The notes under the pieces were generated by a model. It searched no databases and was not told where the DNA came from. It saw only the letters and a program-made list of their open reading frames with translations. The position numbers and the translations under genes were made by a program. 64,000 bases of DNA from Octopus bimaculoides (lineage: Eukaryota): NCBI RefSeq assembly GCF_001194135.2, contig NC_068983.1, positions 26,580,717 to 26,644,716 of the forward strand. Reading direction: 5' to 3'. This document shows, in pieces, positions 25,427-38,154 of the stretch (the first letter of the stretch is position 1; each line of letters opens with the position of its first letter).

Positions 25427-25770
25427 ATAATACTATTGCGATTTAGCCCTAGGAAGCAGCACTGCTTCCTGTCGGCCTTCACACATTTCCTGTGTTCTTA
25501 TCGTATCACTACTGCATTAATCTCACTAAGAGATTTAGAAATGTATTATTTCTATTTTTGAAATCAGTGAATGTATTTCACTAGAATTATTATATGTTTA
25601 CAAGAGTTTGTCAGGCATATCTAACAGCAAGCCATGCTACTCCAGACTGATGATGAGCAAGACTCAGAAACTAGTCTCTGGATGCAGGCTTAGCTAGTTG
25701 GAGATGCTTGTCTCCTCCTTGTAAGCATAAGGCAGTGCTGCTTCCTAGGGTTAAATAGCAATAGTAGTAT
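25427..25770 (+). mobile_element. Small non-coding foldback element with inverted ends, carrying a hammerhead ribozyme
   Basis: Inverted repeat 25431-25465 / 25732-25766 is 33/35 identical and extends to 25427 / 25770. An inner imperfect hairpin spans 25593-25729 with the ribozyme at its tip. Confidence 0.7.
25641..25682 (+). ncRNA. Minimal type I hammerhead ribozyme, apparently intact
   Basis: TCCAGA-CTGATGA-TGAG caaga CTCA-GAA-ACTAGT-C-TCTGGA. Stem I is a perfect 6 bp, the CUGAUGA and GAAA core is complete, stem II is 4 bp, stem III is the palindrome ACUAGU, and the predicted GUC cleavage is after 25676. Confidence 0.85.
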
Positions 25771-25789
25771 GCTGCAATTAATCGGAGCG

Positions 25790-26062
25790 TAGGTTGGTGT
25801 TTATAAATTGTAACGTTTATAATGAGTGCATACACTTAGAGTGCATACTAGCCTTCCCTCTCCACGTCGCCGGCTTAATCCAAAGGAAAGGCAAAGGTCG
25901 ACACAGTTTCGCACAAGTAACGTGGCGGCTCAGTCTTATAATTGAAGCAACGGGAAAAAATGTCATTGTCATGAGTACAACACACATTCCTTTCCGGTAG
26001 TCGAACTCACTATAACGTGATTGTCAGCCCCACACTCTAACCACTGAGCCATATGCCTTCAC
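25790..26062 (-). mobile_element. SINE family D, degenerate copy
   Basis: ctctaaccactgagccatatgccttcac and atccaaaggaaaggcaaagg match 9831-10159. Confidence 0.7.
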
Positions 26063-26615
26063 TCATACACACACATACATACATATATATANNNNNNNNN
26101 NNNNNNNNNNNNNNNNNNNNNNNNNNNNNNNNNNNNNNNNNNNNNNNNNNNNNNNNNNNNNNNNNNNNNNNNNNNNNNNNNNNNNNNNNNNNNNNNNNNN
26201 NNNNNNNNNNNNNNNNNNNNNNNNNNNNNNNNNNNNNNNNNNNNNNNNNNNNNNNNNNNNNNNNNNNNNNNNNNNNNNNNNNNNNNNNNNNNNNNNNNNN
26301 NNNNNNNNNNNNNNNNNNNNNNNNNNNNNNNNNNNNNNNNNNNNNNNNNNNNNNNNNNNNNNNNNNNNNNNNNNNNNNNNNNNNNNNNNNNNNNNNNNNN
26401 NNNNNNNNNNNNNNNNNNNNNNNNNNNNNNNNNNNNNNNNNNNNNNNNNNNNNNNNNNNNNNNNNNNNNNNNNNNNNNNNNNNNNNNNNNNNNNNNNNNN
26501 NNNNNNNNNNNNNNNNNNNNNNNNNNNNNNNNNNNNNNNNNNNNNNNNNNNNNNNNNNNNNNNNNNNNNNNNNNNNNNNNNNNNNNNNNNNNNNNNNNNN
26601 NNNNNNATATATATA

Positions 26616-26696
26616 CAGTAATACCTCGACTATCGCGGATGTTACGTTCCCCCCACCCTCGCGATAGGTGAACCGTGATATAGCGAAGGATTACTG
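26616..26696. mobile_element. 81-bp pogo/Tigger-like MITE
   Basis: Structure is TA|cagtaatacctcgactatcgcgg ... ccgtgatatagcgaaggattactg|TA, with ~23-bp imperfect TIRs inside a (TA)n tract. Confidence 0.8.
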
Positions 26697-27547
26697 TATA
26701 TATATATATATGTGTGCCGTATATATATGATTTCACAGTTTCAGTTAAGCTCGAGGTTTCGTATAAATTTAGATATATATTTGCGTGCGTATGTTATGTT
26801 ATGCTTATTTAGCTTAAGGATATAGTTTTCATATCATCAATATTCAGATATAGGAATTGTAACAGAATGATACCAAAAATATTGATGCCTTAACAGTGTA
26901 CCTTGCAGTAACTTGCTTGTAATATGCAAAAATTCAGTTAGTATCAATTTTGATAGAAAATCCAACATGGTAAATGTTGAGAGAAAATGATAATGTTTAT
27001 TGTAACACTGCCTTGTATATGCAAGTTTTATTACCGTATAGATAAGTTTCAAAAAATGGCATATTTAAAATGTTGGATGTATTCAACTGAACGATTGATG
27101 TGAAGACTAGATAAAAGATGATGCGGGTCGATAATAGAAAATTATTTCCGTATGTGATTATAGCGGGTTTGTATTTTTATGCACGCTTTGACTTGGAACT
27201 TAGCTACTGCTGTCATGAAACTCCATTGATGCAGTTTATATCAAAATATATAAATATTGTAATGATCTTTACTTCAATGAGTTGGATACATCTTTGGAGT
27301 TGACTTAAGGTGTGAAATTACTGTTATTCTTGCCATATCATCCGTAATAAAATGTAGTTAAGCACTTTAGCTATAACAATAAATCTCTTTCGTCTAGCAA
27401 TGCCGTTATGAATATTTGAAGAATATAGTCACCAAATACAAAACACCATTCTCTCACATTTCTTATTTGCTGCACGCATATATGCGTGTATGCGTATGCT
27501 ATGTATTCCAGTGCATGTATTTGTGTATTTATGTGTATGTACATATG

Positions 27548-27580
<33 letters not shown>

Positions 27581-28103
27581 NNNNNNNNNNNNNNNNNNNN
27601 NNNNNNNNNNNNNNNNNNNNNNNNNNNNNNNNNNNNNNNNNNNNNNNNNNNNNNNNNNNNNNNNNNNNNNNNNNNNNNNNNNNNNNNNNNNNNNNNNNNN
27701 NNNNNNNNNNNNNNNNNNNNNNNNNNNNNNNNNNNNNNNNNNNNNNNNNNNNNNNNNNNNNNNNNNNNNNNNNNNNNNNNNNNNNNNNNNNNNNNNNNNN
27801 NNNNNNNNNNNNNNNNNNNNNNNNNNNNNNNNNNNNNNNNNNNNNNNNNNNNNNNNNNNNNNNNNNNNNNNNNNNNNNNNNNNNNNNNNNNNNNNNNNNN
27901 NNNNNNNNNNNNNNNNNNNNNNNNNNNNNNNNNNNNTTATGTGGGATATAGAATACTAAATATATAAAATATAATATAAAAACAGTTGGATGGTACAATG
28001 AAATGAAGTATTGAATGTCTTATTGAATACATGGAATATGTCTTATTGAATATATGAAATAATGAGTGTTCAATATAAAGGATTAACTATATAAATATAT
28101 AAA

Positions 28104-28670
28104 GGCGAATGCGTATTTTCTATACCTTGTAATATTTCATCATGGCCGGTATGACAGACTGTAACAGACTGTAATAGACTGGCTGGTTTTCTGTCTTTTA
28201 TACCAATTCCTTTGGACAGCAGCAGTATGTGTTTGGCTATTTTTAGAGTTGATGCCAAGTTTATTTTTAGAAATGATGACATTTGATAGATTTTATGTGT
28301 TTTGGTTATAGGGATAAGATTTTTGAACCCCAGTAGGTGTTTGGCTATTTTTAGAAATGATGACATTTGAGAGATTTTATGTGTTTTAGTTATAGGGATA
28401 AGATTTTTAAACCGCAAGTAGGATAAATTTAATCATTGTTTGTTAAGAGTAGGTTTAAATTTCTTAATAAAGTCCTTTTCTTTGCATTTTCTCTCAATTT
28501 CATTCCGGTTGTAAAGTTTATGGAATGGAAATATAATAAAAGTTTGATGACCACATGTTGCCAGATCGTTACTCAGTGGTATTTGGCGGACTTCTGGGTT
28601 TTTAATCTGTTGTCGATGCACCCGTGAGCGTTCCCATAGTGCATTACCTATATCTTAGACACTAAAAATT
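28104..28670 (-). mobile_element. Penelope-like element 3' fragment (GIY-YIG C-terminus, 3' region and decayed hammerhead)
   Basis: DIGNALWERSRVHRQQIKNPEVRQIPLSNDLATCGHQTFIIFPFHKLYNRNEIERKCKEKDFIKKFKPTLNKQ* fits the end of a PLE endonuclease (RxxxH...RxxKExxFI..F.PxLN). A hammerhead-like motif lies at 28147-28104. Confidence 0.8.
28265..28420. repeat. ~83-bp tandem duplication
   Basis: ttttagaaatgatgacatttga.agattttatgtgtttt.gttatagggataagattttt occurs twice in tandem. Confidence 0.9.
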
Positions 28671-28804
28671 ACATATGCTGTCTCTATTCAGCAAATTGTG
28701 TACATATATGTATTGTTACGACACATGTTGCCTCAGACTGAGTAAACCTGATTAGATGTTATGTTTAATATAGAAATAAAGGAAATTTCTGATACAAATG
28801 CCAT

Positions 28805-28862
<58 letters not shown>

Positions 28863-28866
<4 letters not shown>

Positions 28867-29575
28867 GCTGTCCCCGTCGGTTTCGACGTACTCTTTCATT
28901 GGCAGTCATATTGCAGATGTCGAGTGTCACATTTAAGTTCTACCAAAGATTTGCCAAGAAGACCACACATGTGGATTGCAGGTTACGCAGATTGTATTTT
29001 TGCAGCCGCTTTTGTCTTTTACCTTGCGACCCGTAGCCTGTAAATGCTAGTTGCAACAAAGTTTCTAATACCATTTTGACACACCTCTATTTTGTTCGTT
29101 CTAAGGCGTCTCATTCAAATTGTTGTGTACTACCTTCAATTCTATGACGTTACTCTTCAGCTTGTCGTTATATCTGAGTCATGGTTAACCAACATTGCTG
29201 TGCTCACTCTCAAAATGGCTGTACATGAACAATTAGTGTATTCTTATGTTACAGAGTCTGATGACATGGCCAGCACTGCGCAATTTTTATTGCATAAAGA
29301 ATCTCTCGATTCTACCAATCTTACACTTGCTAAAAAAAAGGCGGCATTAGAAACTGTCTTTTATGAATAACCGCAGATTGTCTTCAGACAGTCTTTGAGG
29401 AAGATGTCTAGCTGATTAATGTGTCGTCTATAGGGTATCCACGATTCTTAGCCATACAAGAGTGGAGTAAGAATAACAGCTATATAGACCTGTACTTTGG
29501 TGTCAAGTTTGATGCTTTCTCATTCCATAGGCGATGACGAAGTTTGCCAAATGCGTTGGCAACAATCCACGTGCA
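28863..29575 (-). mobile_element. RTE-clade LINE 3' fragment
   Basis: With frameshifts: AFGKLRHRLWNE..IKLDTKVQVYIAVILTPLLYG*ESWIPYRRHINQLDIF...KLRSAGHVIRL...LRYNDKLK...CQNGIRNF..., then a decayed C-terminal Cys/His motif, ending at a (TA)n tract. Confidence 0.9.
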
Positions 29576-29625
29576 GTTACATTTTGAAATTGTATGTATA
29601 TTTTGAAAGAATGTATGTATATATA

Positions 29626-30120
29626 TTGTGTCATCCCATAAATAATGCGGATTTTTCAATACTTTTTAAGTCTAAGATTCTTAGTCTAATGTTCTTAATC
29701 TAAAGTCGTTAGTCTAAAGTTCTTAATCTTAAGTTCATTTTTAATCTAAAATATACTCTCCTTCATTTTCTACAATACTTTTCCATCTGTCTGCCAGGGT
29801 TTGCAGGACGTCCTCGCTGAGCTCTACAGATCTTCCAGGGCGAAGTTCCTCTTCTAGGATGTAGTCTACGGTTTGGAATTTCTGGAACCACCGTTGCCAC
29901 TGGCTTACGCTTAATGTCCAATATACTGCATTAATATTCCTCGCACTTTCCTTTGCGTTGTTGGCTTCATTGAACTCATAAAGCAAATATGTCGAATATG
30001 CTAATTCTTTACTTCCATTACAGTTTTTTTTTTTTAATTGCTGTTAAAATCGAACAGCACTCTTCAAGACTCGCACTAAGATTAAGAAGAAGTTAAAATT
30101 ACTACCTGCTTTTATAGTAA
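29626..30120 (-). mobile_element. Mariner-family deletion derivative (HTH domain joined in frame to the C-terminus)
   Basis: MEVKN*HIRHI/LYEFNEANNAKESARNINAVY...QRWFQKFQ...LEEELRPGRSVELSEDVLQTL|ADRWKSIVENEGEYILD*. Only one probable TIR is visible (29626-29656). Confidence 0.85.
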
Positions 30121-30879
30121 GTCACTGTATATATTTTATTGTGTCCGGGGAGAGTCATTCTCTTTTAATGCTTTATTAATGAAAACACTCACAAGTTCGT
30201 TTTCCACTCATCTACTTACCTATTTTTTCAAACAGCTTTGAAATTATACTAAAAATACCATTCATTTAAATACATGTTTGAAATTCAAGAAGTAGATATA
30301 TTTCACCCATGTACCGTGTGGTATCATGGATCTTGCTTAAACGAAAATGATGTTCAGTAAGACAAAGAAATATCATAATTTAACCAGTAAAATGTATGGA
30401 GCGATATTACATATGCTGAATACAAATGGTATGTCCATGGAAGTGAAAGGACGCCATTCTTCATTTGTTTTAATAATGGTATCAAAAACTAATTTATTTC
30501 AATTGCGTGATTTTGCAAATCCTGAGCAGCAAATCTTTTAGACAAAGTCAAAGGTACAGGAAATAAATAAAGATCTATGGCTTGAAAACCTGTTTTACTC
30601 ACGATCAAAAATGTCATGAATGCAAAGTGACTTTAACCTGGTACTCTCGATTTGGTGCTGAATATCGTTAACTAAATATTTTAATTCAGACTCTTAATTA
30701 CTAAGCCTGGACTAAAACATACAACTGGAAGCCTCTAATAACGTGATCTTTCACACGTAAACGCTAGTGGACCACTGAGTCCGGGAAGCACAAATAAGTC
30801 TTCAGTAATACTGAGATGATTCTCAAACATCACAAGTCACTGTTGAACTGTAAACAAATATAACAGCATAAGATGAGAA

Positions 30880-32480
30880 ACTGATAGGTGGATTCTGACC
30901 TCAGGATACTGTCGAACTTATTCTTCCCCTCCCCATCTGTTTCGGTCATCCGTGGCTTTTTTATCCAATTTTCTAGACTGACATCAATTGGTCGTATTTT
31001 TACCTTCATATACAATGTCCAATATATTGACATTGTTGTCTCCTAAATTTGTTAAGAAGCTATCTGGTAGTCTTTGCTCGATAAATTATCTCGATGTAAG
31101 AAAGAACACTACATACGATACAATTAGCACTTGTTTAAGGCACCACATCTCCACAGTAACTTTAAGCTTTTACACAATTTTTTTAATGTTTCAGATCATA
31201 CAACTATATGTAAGGGAGCTCTAGTGTATTTCTCTACGACTTATTTCCTCAACCTCAAATTTTGATAATCGTATATATGAAGATATCCTTTATTGTTTAA
31301 GGCTTACATATGTAGATTTAGCCTGTCCTTATCTTAATATCTTTGATGTTTCTTTTTCTTTAATATACAAGCTATTTTCCATTTGTTATTATTATTTTAA
31401 ATGTATATATATATTTTTTTTAAATATATTTCTAAATACATTTCCATTGGTCTTGTCAACTTATCCACAACGCTATAGTTCTTATAAATGATTGTATTAA
31501 CACTTCCTCCAATGACGCAGGAGCCAAAACCACATGAAATATCTCTAATACAAACCACCTCTAATGATGATCTAACTAAGCACTTATGGTTACACATGAA
31601 ATCCATTAAATCTTAATTTCATTCGAACTACAACAACAAAATATAATAGAGATGTCTAAGTATTTGACGCTGACTTAAGTACATATTACAACGAAATTAG
31701 TCAGAACAATGTAGAATCAAAAGCGACCAGTGTTTAATCAAATATTCAATTAAAAGTATTCGATGTAAACTTCATCTACTTGTATTACCTGCAGCCATTT
31801 TACTAATGCCATTGAATGCCACCACTACCACCCGATGTAAAATACCTCAATGGTACTGTATTGCTACTAAATCAATATGATATATAACGCTTCACCGTAT
31901 CATACATCCCCTACTTTAAAAACAATGTGGAAATACAAATACAATTTTTTTCTATAGATAATTTTATTTTATACATCTCCCTCTTATCCGTTTACCCAAT
32001 TCAATTTCAAAACATTCCCTGTCCCTCTTCTTTATATTCTGTGTCGAAAGCTGTTCACTCATCGTGTTAATCTGTTCTTCAATGTAACATTTCAACTTCA
32101 TAACTCCAAAAGTTCTCCTGTATTTTTATGTCAGTTCTTTCTCTTTCTAGTTCTCTGTTTCTATAAACCTCTCTCTTTGTCTTTCTCTCTCTTATTCATT
32201 GCTCACCATTTCTGAAACTTTGAAATTCACCTCGCTCTAGCTTCCTTTTTTTTCTTTTCTTTTAATCTATTTAAATTGTCTTCTACATATATTCGGATAC
32301 TCACAATTATACAGGCATATAAAACAATTAGCAAAATCATTGTCCATATTACCAATACATTTTTCATTGGAAGTTACTGTGATACATATACACAAAAAAC
32401 ATAAGCATTCACTCTCATTTTCATCCATACATTCGCAAATGGACACACAAATAGTTGTAAACATTGCTCTCTTCTGATAG
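30880..32480 (-). mobile_element. Possible very old LINE remnant
   Basis: Long purine-skewed strand with only faint RT-like peptide traces. Not firmly assignable. Confidence 0.25.
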
Positions 32481-34479
32481 CAACTCCTTATATATGTTGC
32501 TGCAATTAGACATTACACACTGAAGCACTTTTGAGTAATCGAAGATTGCTTGCTTTCTAATTTATCACTTTCAAAGTCGATAAAGATACAATGTTTATTT
32601 CAAAAGCATGTGTCTTTGTAATCGACAAAATGTCGAATACAACAATCTAAGAAAAAAAATATGAGTATCGAACACTACAAAATAACATACGATAATTGTT
32701 TATTATTTCTCTGAATAAATACAACACAGCCCACGCATGCACGCGTAAAGGGAGTTATTGCAATTTTCTTGGTTCTTCCAAAACACGGACAATAATTCTT
32801 TTGATCATTGTTGAACTGAATATCATATTTCACCGTACACTATTGTTCACTTGTCATTCCATAGTGAATTTTATTGAATGAAATTCAAAATTGTGTTCTT
32901 ATGACTGCGATGCAGCAACAATTCTGAAAATTCAATGAGACCAACTATAACTTCTGTATTGATATTTCCCATTAATGTATTTTATATTGTATTGAAAACC
33001 TTTTAATCCTTGCAAGAGCGAAACTTCTTGTTTTAATAATTTCAGTATGTTAAACTCGTACAACTCTGGTTTTAATGTCCATTCGCAGCGTGACTACAGA
33101 AGTAAAAGGATTATTCAAAAAGGTTAAAAATCACAGAACTGATTTTCGTGTAGGCAGATGCAGGGATTTAAAAAGATTATTTGAAAATTGTTTGTAATTT
33201 TCCATTTCGAGGCTGAATAACATGATACTAATAAGTACAACTAATTATGTTTCATAAATATGTGATTCTGTTCAGGATATATGATGACATGAAATATTAC
33301 TTATAACGAGTTAATCTCTAATATGCTTCTTTGCTCTCCAAGAAGCTGGTTAAAATATGTTACCCAATAGAAATATGTTCACTGACTAATCACCCTCCAC
33401 TAAGTGGAAGTATTTCTACTGAGTTGTCTCTAACTTCAAACTATTAGATACCACATACAAGAAAGGAAGAGCTCGTCTCCCAGGTTGCTAGCCTCTGTCA
33501 GGGATTTTTGGCTTCACGCGCAATCTCTGCCCCACGTCACTGATTCTGCACTACTCTACTTCCTTACATCTACTTCATTCATAACTTTCTCCTCCATTCC
33601 ACTCTGCTCCTCTCGCATTCTGCCTTTCTTTGTCCTCCTCTCTCTCACACTCTCTCACTCTTTATCTCTCTTTGTATTTCTCTCCCTGTCTCTCTGTCTC
33701 TCTCTGTCTCTGTTTATCTCTCTCTCTCTCTCCCTCTCTCTCTCTCCCTCTCTCTCATTCACGCTTCCTTTCCAGCACCACGTTGTAAACTCATTTCTGA
33801 AAGTGCAGTGAACATTTAACACAAACACTATTACCACGAATCTCTGAATTTAAAATATAACTCTTCCAGTGATGAGGATAAGAACACTTAACCCTACTCT
33901 ATATGTTTATATTTGGTGAGCAAATTAACAAAATGCATATTTCCTGAGAATTCATATTTACTTTTTGGAAACTTCTGTTTCATATTCAAAATTTGGGATC
34001 TAGTTGCCTGGAGAAACATCACTAACTGCATTTCAAATCTATTAGTCGTTCTAAAAGGTGTCAGAAAATACAAGTTATATTTATGGCTATGAAGGTAAGG
34101 AAGGAAAGACCTAATGCATTTTCTTCGGGGCATCCGATGATTATCGACAATTAATCTCATAACAGAAACCACTACGGTCACGTTTAGCAGAGATAACTCT
34201 GCTAATAACACGCAAAGACCCCAAGGCGATGATAAACCATTTTAACGAAGATTTAAATGCTTGTTTACCTCCTACTCATGCCTATAAGGCTTTGTAATAT
34301 ATATCATGCTTATGCTAATTTTTTTTATTATCCTATATAAACATTGTGCATACATAGACACCTTCATGACGCTTCAATGTTCGATAAGGTGGTACTTCCA
34401 AAATATTATAATGGGGGAGAGAGAGGGGAGAGAATGAGGGAGATAGAGGGGAGAGAAAGAGGGAGAGGGAGCGGCACTA

Positions 34480-34632
34480 GCATTGGGATGGTACTTATTT
34501 TCAGCTGCAGAGACTGGCGCAATACGAAGTGTCGTTTTCAAAGATTCAACGTGCTGTCCAGTATAGGGGTTGAACCTATATTGTTATCGTTACTCGAACA
34601 CTCTAACCTGTGGCACACTCACTTTCGCCACA
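34480..34632 (-). mobile_element. Degenerate tRNA-derived SINE head
   Basis: ttcagctgcagagactgg...ggggttgaacc...cactctaacc resembles family D in reverse. Confidence 0.45.
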
Positions 34633-36605
34633 CCATAATAAATATAAAGAAATCAATAGAATATATTAGGATGGAACATATTTATCATAAGTGTATGCTA
34701 TTCAGAAGTAAGAAAATCTTTCAGGCTATTGTGAAAGATATTAGAATTGCGAATACAAGCCCATCATAACATGATAAACTTAGAAACAGATTTCCTATAT
34801 GGTGTGAGTAATCAACAAGTGGCATGTACCATAGATAACTATTTTGAGAAACGAATTATTTGTTAGATGCAGTTAGAAGGCGGTGGCAGTACATATGCAT
34901 TGTTTACAAGAATATAGGTGGTTATGTCGACTCAATACTTGAAAAGACATTCTCTATTTATATCCAAAACGTGAAAAGCAAAGTTAATATGGGCATAATT
35001 CAGGTAAAGGTTAAAAAAGTGACGTAAAAATATAAGAAAAATAGCTTATGTGCAATATACTCTATAGATTATGCCATCATTTGCTCAGTTATCTTTTTGT
35101 ACAAAATATTACAAAACAGCAAAACTGTTTATATGTTCGGCATTCCGACTAAATTAGCTGAAATTTTGAATACACTTGTTTACTTTCACACTGTATTAAA
35201 AAAATGCTTAATGTCCATCATTTTGGAGAAAGACAGCAATAGTCATAAACGCCACGACACTTTGATTTATCGTGACTTTACGTTAAGGAGAAACCATATG
35301 TATCTCAATTGGAAATACATGATAAAATCGTTAATATTTTCCATGCACTATTTCACCCAACATTTTAGTCACGAAGATAAAAGGCAGACTCAATCTGGGC
35401 AAAATTTGAAATCGTATTGTGAAGAGTTTGAACGATATAACTAAGGCCATTTTGTTCATACTTCAACTGATACGAGGATACATATGCGATATCATTCATT
35501 AATACTGAACACAATTAATGAGCAAAGATAAATTAAAAAAGATAAATCCGTGTAGAGAACTGAAGGCCATACAGAAAAAGAATATTACTTGTAAATGCGT
35601 GACAGTTTCATAGATAAAACTAACTTTGATTCCATCAGAAGTAAAATACTGTCCATTTTATTTACTAACATTAAGCGTGATATAGGCTTGTTATAATGAT
35701 AAATTAACATTAATTTCTGTTAGCAATACATATATTCTCAAATATACATGTGTTTTTTAGACATATTTTCTGAAAGTCTCTTTGTAGTATCGGGTGATAT
35801 ATAATCCACATTCAACAGAGTTAGAAGGCTTGCTATGAGTACGATCCGCGGCTTGGTCATTGTATGGCAAGTCAACACCAGTCATCAAAGAGCTCTCGAA
35901 AGAATTCATTCTTTCTATGCACGTTCTCGAGCTTCTAGTCGTGTGAGACGTTTGTATGTGCTTTTATGGGTGCGCATAGCATATGGTGAAATATAATCTG
36001 CAGTAAGTTCCGCACTCAATGAAACTTTCTCAAGCAATATTACATTCAATTATGATAAATTGCGCGTTACAAGTAACATTATGTTCTGTTCTAAAAGAGC
36101 TTATCCAAAAGAAGTGTTATTTCATTCGGCTGGCGGAATGTTTATTTCTTACTTTGATTATTTAAAAAATTATATTAAAAATAAAGTAGTTGCTAAGGGT
36201 AGAGGGAAAATGATGAGAGAATGACGGTTAAATTGCAAATAATTTATGATATCTAGAATTAATCAAAAGGTATAGAATTTCTAGCGTAGTATGCAAGAAA
36301 TCATATGAATAAAAAATTGAAATAATATAAATAAATATCACTTATAGTACACATTGAAAATAAATTAAGCCATATGCAGCTACATTCTCTACCTCTAATA
36401 ATAGGTTAAGTCAACATGTGTAAAAGAAAAAAATATATATATGTATCTAAGAAATGCACATCAAGTTAAAATTATTTTGTGAAGTTACCAACGCGCCAAG
36501 TCAGCAGTTTTACAATTGTCTGTATATAATGGAAACACTGAATCGACATTAACACGAACATCAGCAATNNNNNNNNNNNNNNNNNNNNNNNNNNNNNNNN
36601 NNNNN

Positions 36606-36687
36606 AGAAGAAGAAGAAGAAGAAGAAGAAGAAGAAGAAGAAGAAGAAGAAGAAGAAGAAGAAGAAGAAGAAGAAGAAGAAGAAGAA
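36606..36687 (+). repeat. (AAG)n microsatellite adjacent to a gap
   Basis: Directly visible. Confidence 0.97.
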
Positions 36688-38154
36688 ACACAAGCAGGAG
36701 AAGAAAATCTAAAAACAAAGAAAATCATATTTATAATAGAAGTTCCTTTGGTGTCAGTGATGTGCTTTTGCCTGTGATGTTTGGAAGTATCTTTTATCTG
36801 GTAATGATTTTGTTTATTCTTTATACATTCAGACACATGCTGGAATACAGAGAACACGCACACATACTCTCTTTCCGTCGCTTTCTTCTTTAGTTTCTAT
36901 GAGTGTAAGTATATACGCGTTTATTTACACATACACAGATATATGTATGCATATGTTTTGGAAGTTGGTTAGTGCGTGTATACGTGCGTAGTATATGCCT
37001 GTATATTATATCGTGTATTATTGTCTATATTAATAATCGAAAGTCAAATATTGACTGGTACAAAAGTAATAACTTGTAATAATAGTTTTTTTTTTTTCTA
37101 ATATCTTAACTTTAAAGAGATTTTATTTTACAGTAAACATATATAATATATTATTTCAACTACAAACTTATCTTTCTTTACAGAGTTGGTTTTACCTCCA
37201 TTCTATATATTTGCTTATCAGTTCATTCAACTTATTCTTTGGCCTTGCTCGAAATGTACATATTTTCTATAAATTTATTTCGATTACATATTCACTGTTA
37301 TACCTTACTGGAAATCAATTGGCAATCGAGTTGAAGAGCTTCAAACTGTACACATACATACATTTTGGACGACCTGATAACTGGCTTGAATATTTTTTCA
37401 ATGATCAGTGTCCATTTTATTTCTGTATTCCTTTATCTACTGCACTTATTATAAATGGCAGAAAATATTATAAAGCATGTCGAGATAAATGGCAGCGTTG
37501 CAAAACACAACAGGTTGTTAAATGACAAAAATGCATGGTGTTTTAGATCCCACTTATTCTGACTGGTAACATTTAAAACAAGAAAACTAGTAATTTTCTT
37601 CGTGTAATGATGGTGAACAGTTGCATTATTGATTTTATAGAATATTAATCTCTATTTTTGATATACTCTCTGGATTATATTTTTAGGATATTGATCTAAT
37701 CTTTAGCTATTTAAAGTATTGCTTTGTTTGCATTTTAATGTATGTACGGTTATATAGAAAAAAAATTGTTTAGAGATGCAGTATGTCTACAAGAATAAAT
37801 AGGCAGCGAATTAAAACACATGTAAGGAAAATTGGTTTCAGCGATTTCTTTTAGCAGTTTACGTATTTCAAGTAGTTTATATTTAGTTACTAAAGTTAAG
37901 TAAAATACATTTAATATAATATATTTACGTTAAATAAATATAACAAAAATCAAAGAAGAGATAAATATACTTTTACAATTATGTGGTGTTTGGAGAAAGC
38001 AATATTAAGTATACATTTAAGCTAACGGTTTCACTCGTTAATACATATTCTGTTATACAGTTTTACAAGTTTATTTGATTCAGTTATTGTACTGTAGCCA
38101 TATGAGACAGCGTCTAGTAGCGTCACTCCGCCGTACTAGCGAAGTATCGAATAG

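Noticed and set aside
33500-33560. Promoter-like motifs (CCACGTCA here, TGACTCA twice near 20130, ATTGG/CACGTG/GACGTCA near 52675-52735)
   Set aside because: Short motifs are expected by chance in 64 kb and there is no transcription-start evidence.
34184-34205. 9-bp perfect hairpin ttagcagag-ataa-ctctgctaa
   Set aside because: Isolated, with no associated element. Bacterial-style terminators are irrelevant in this eukaryotic context.
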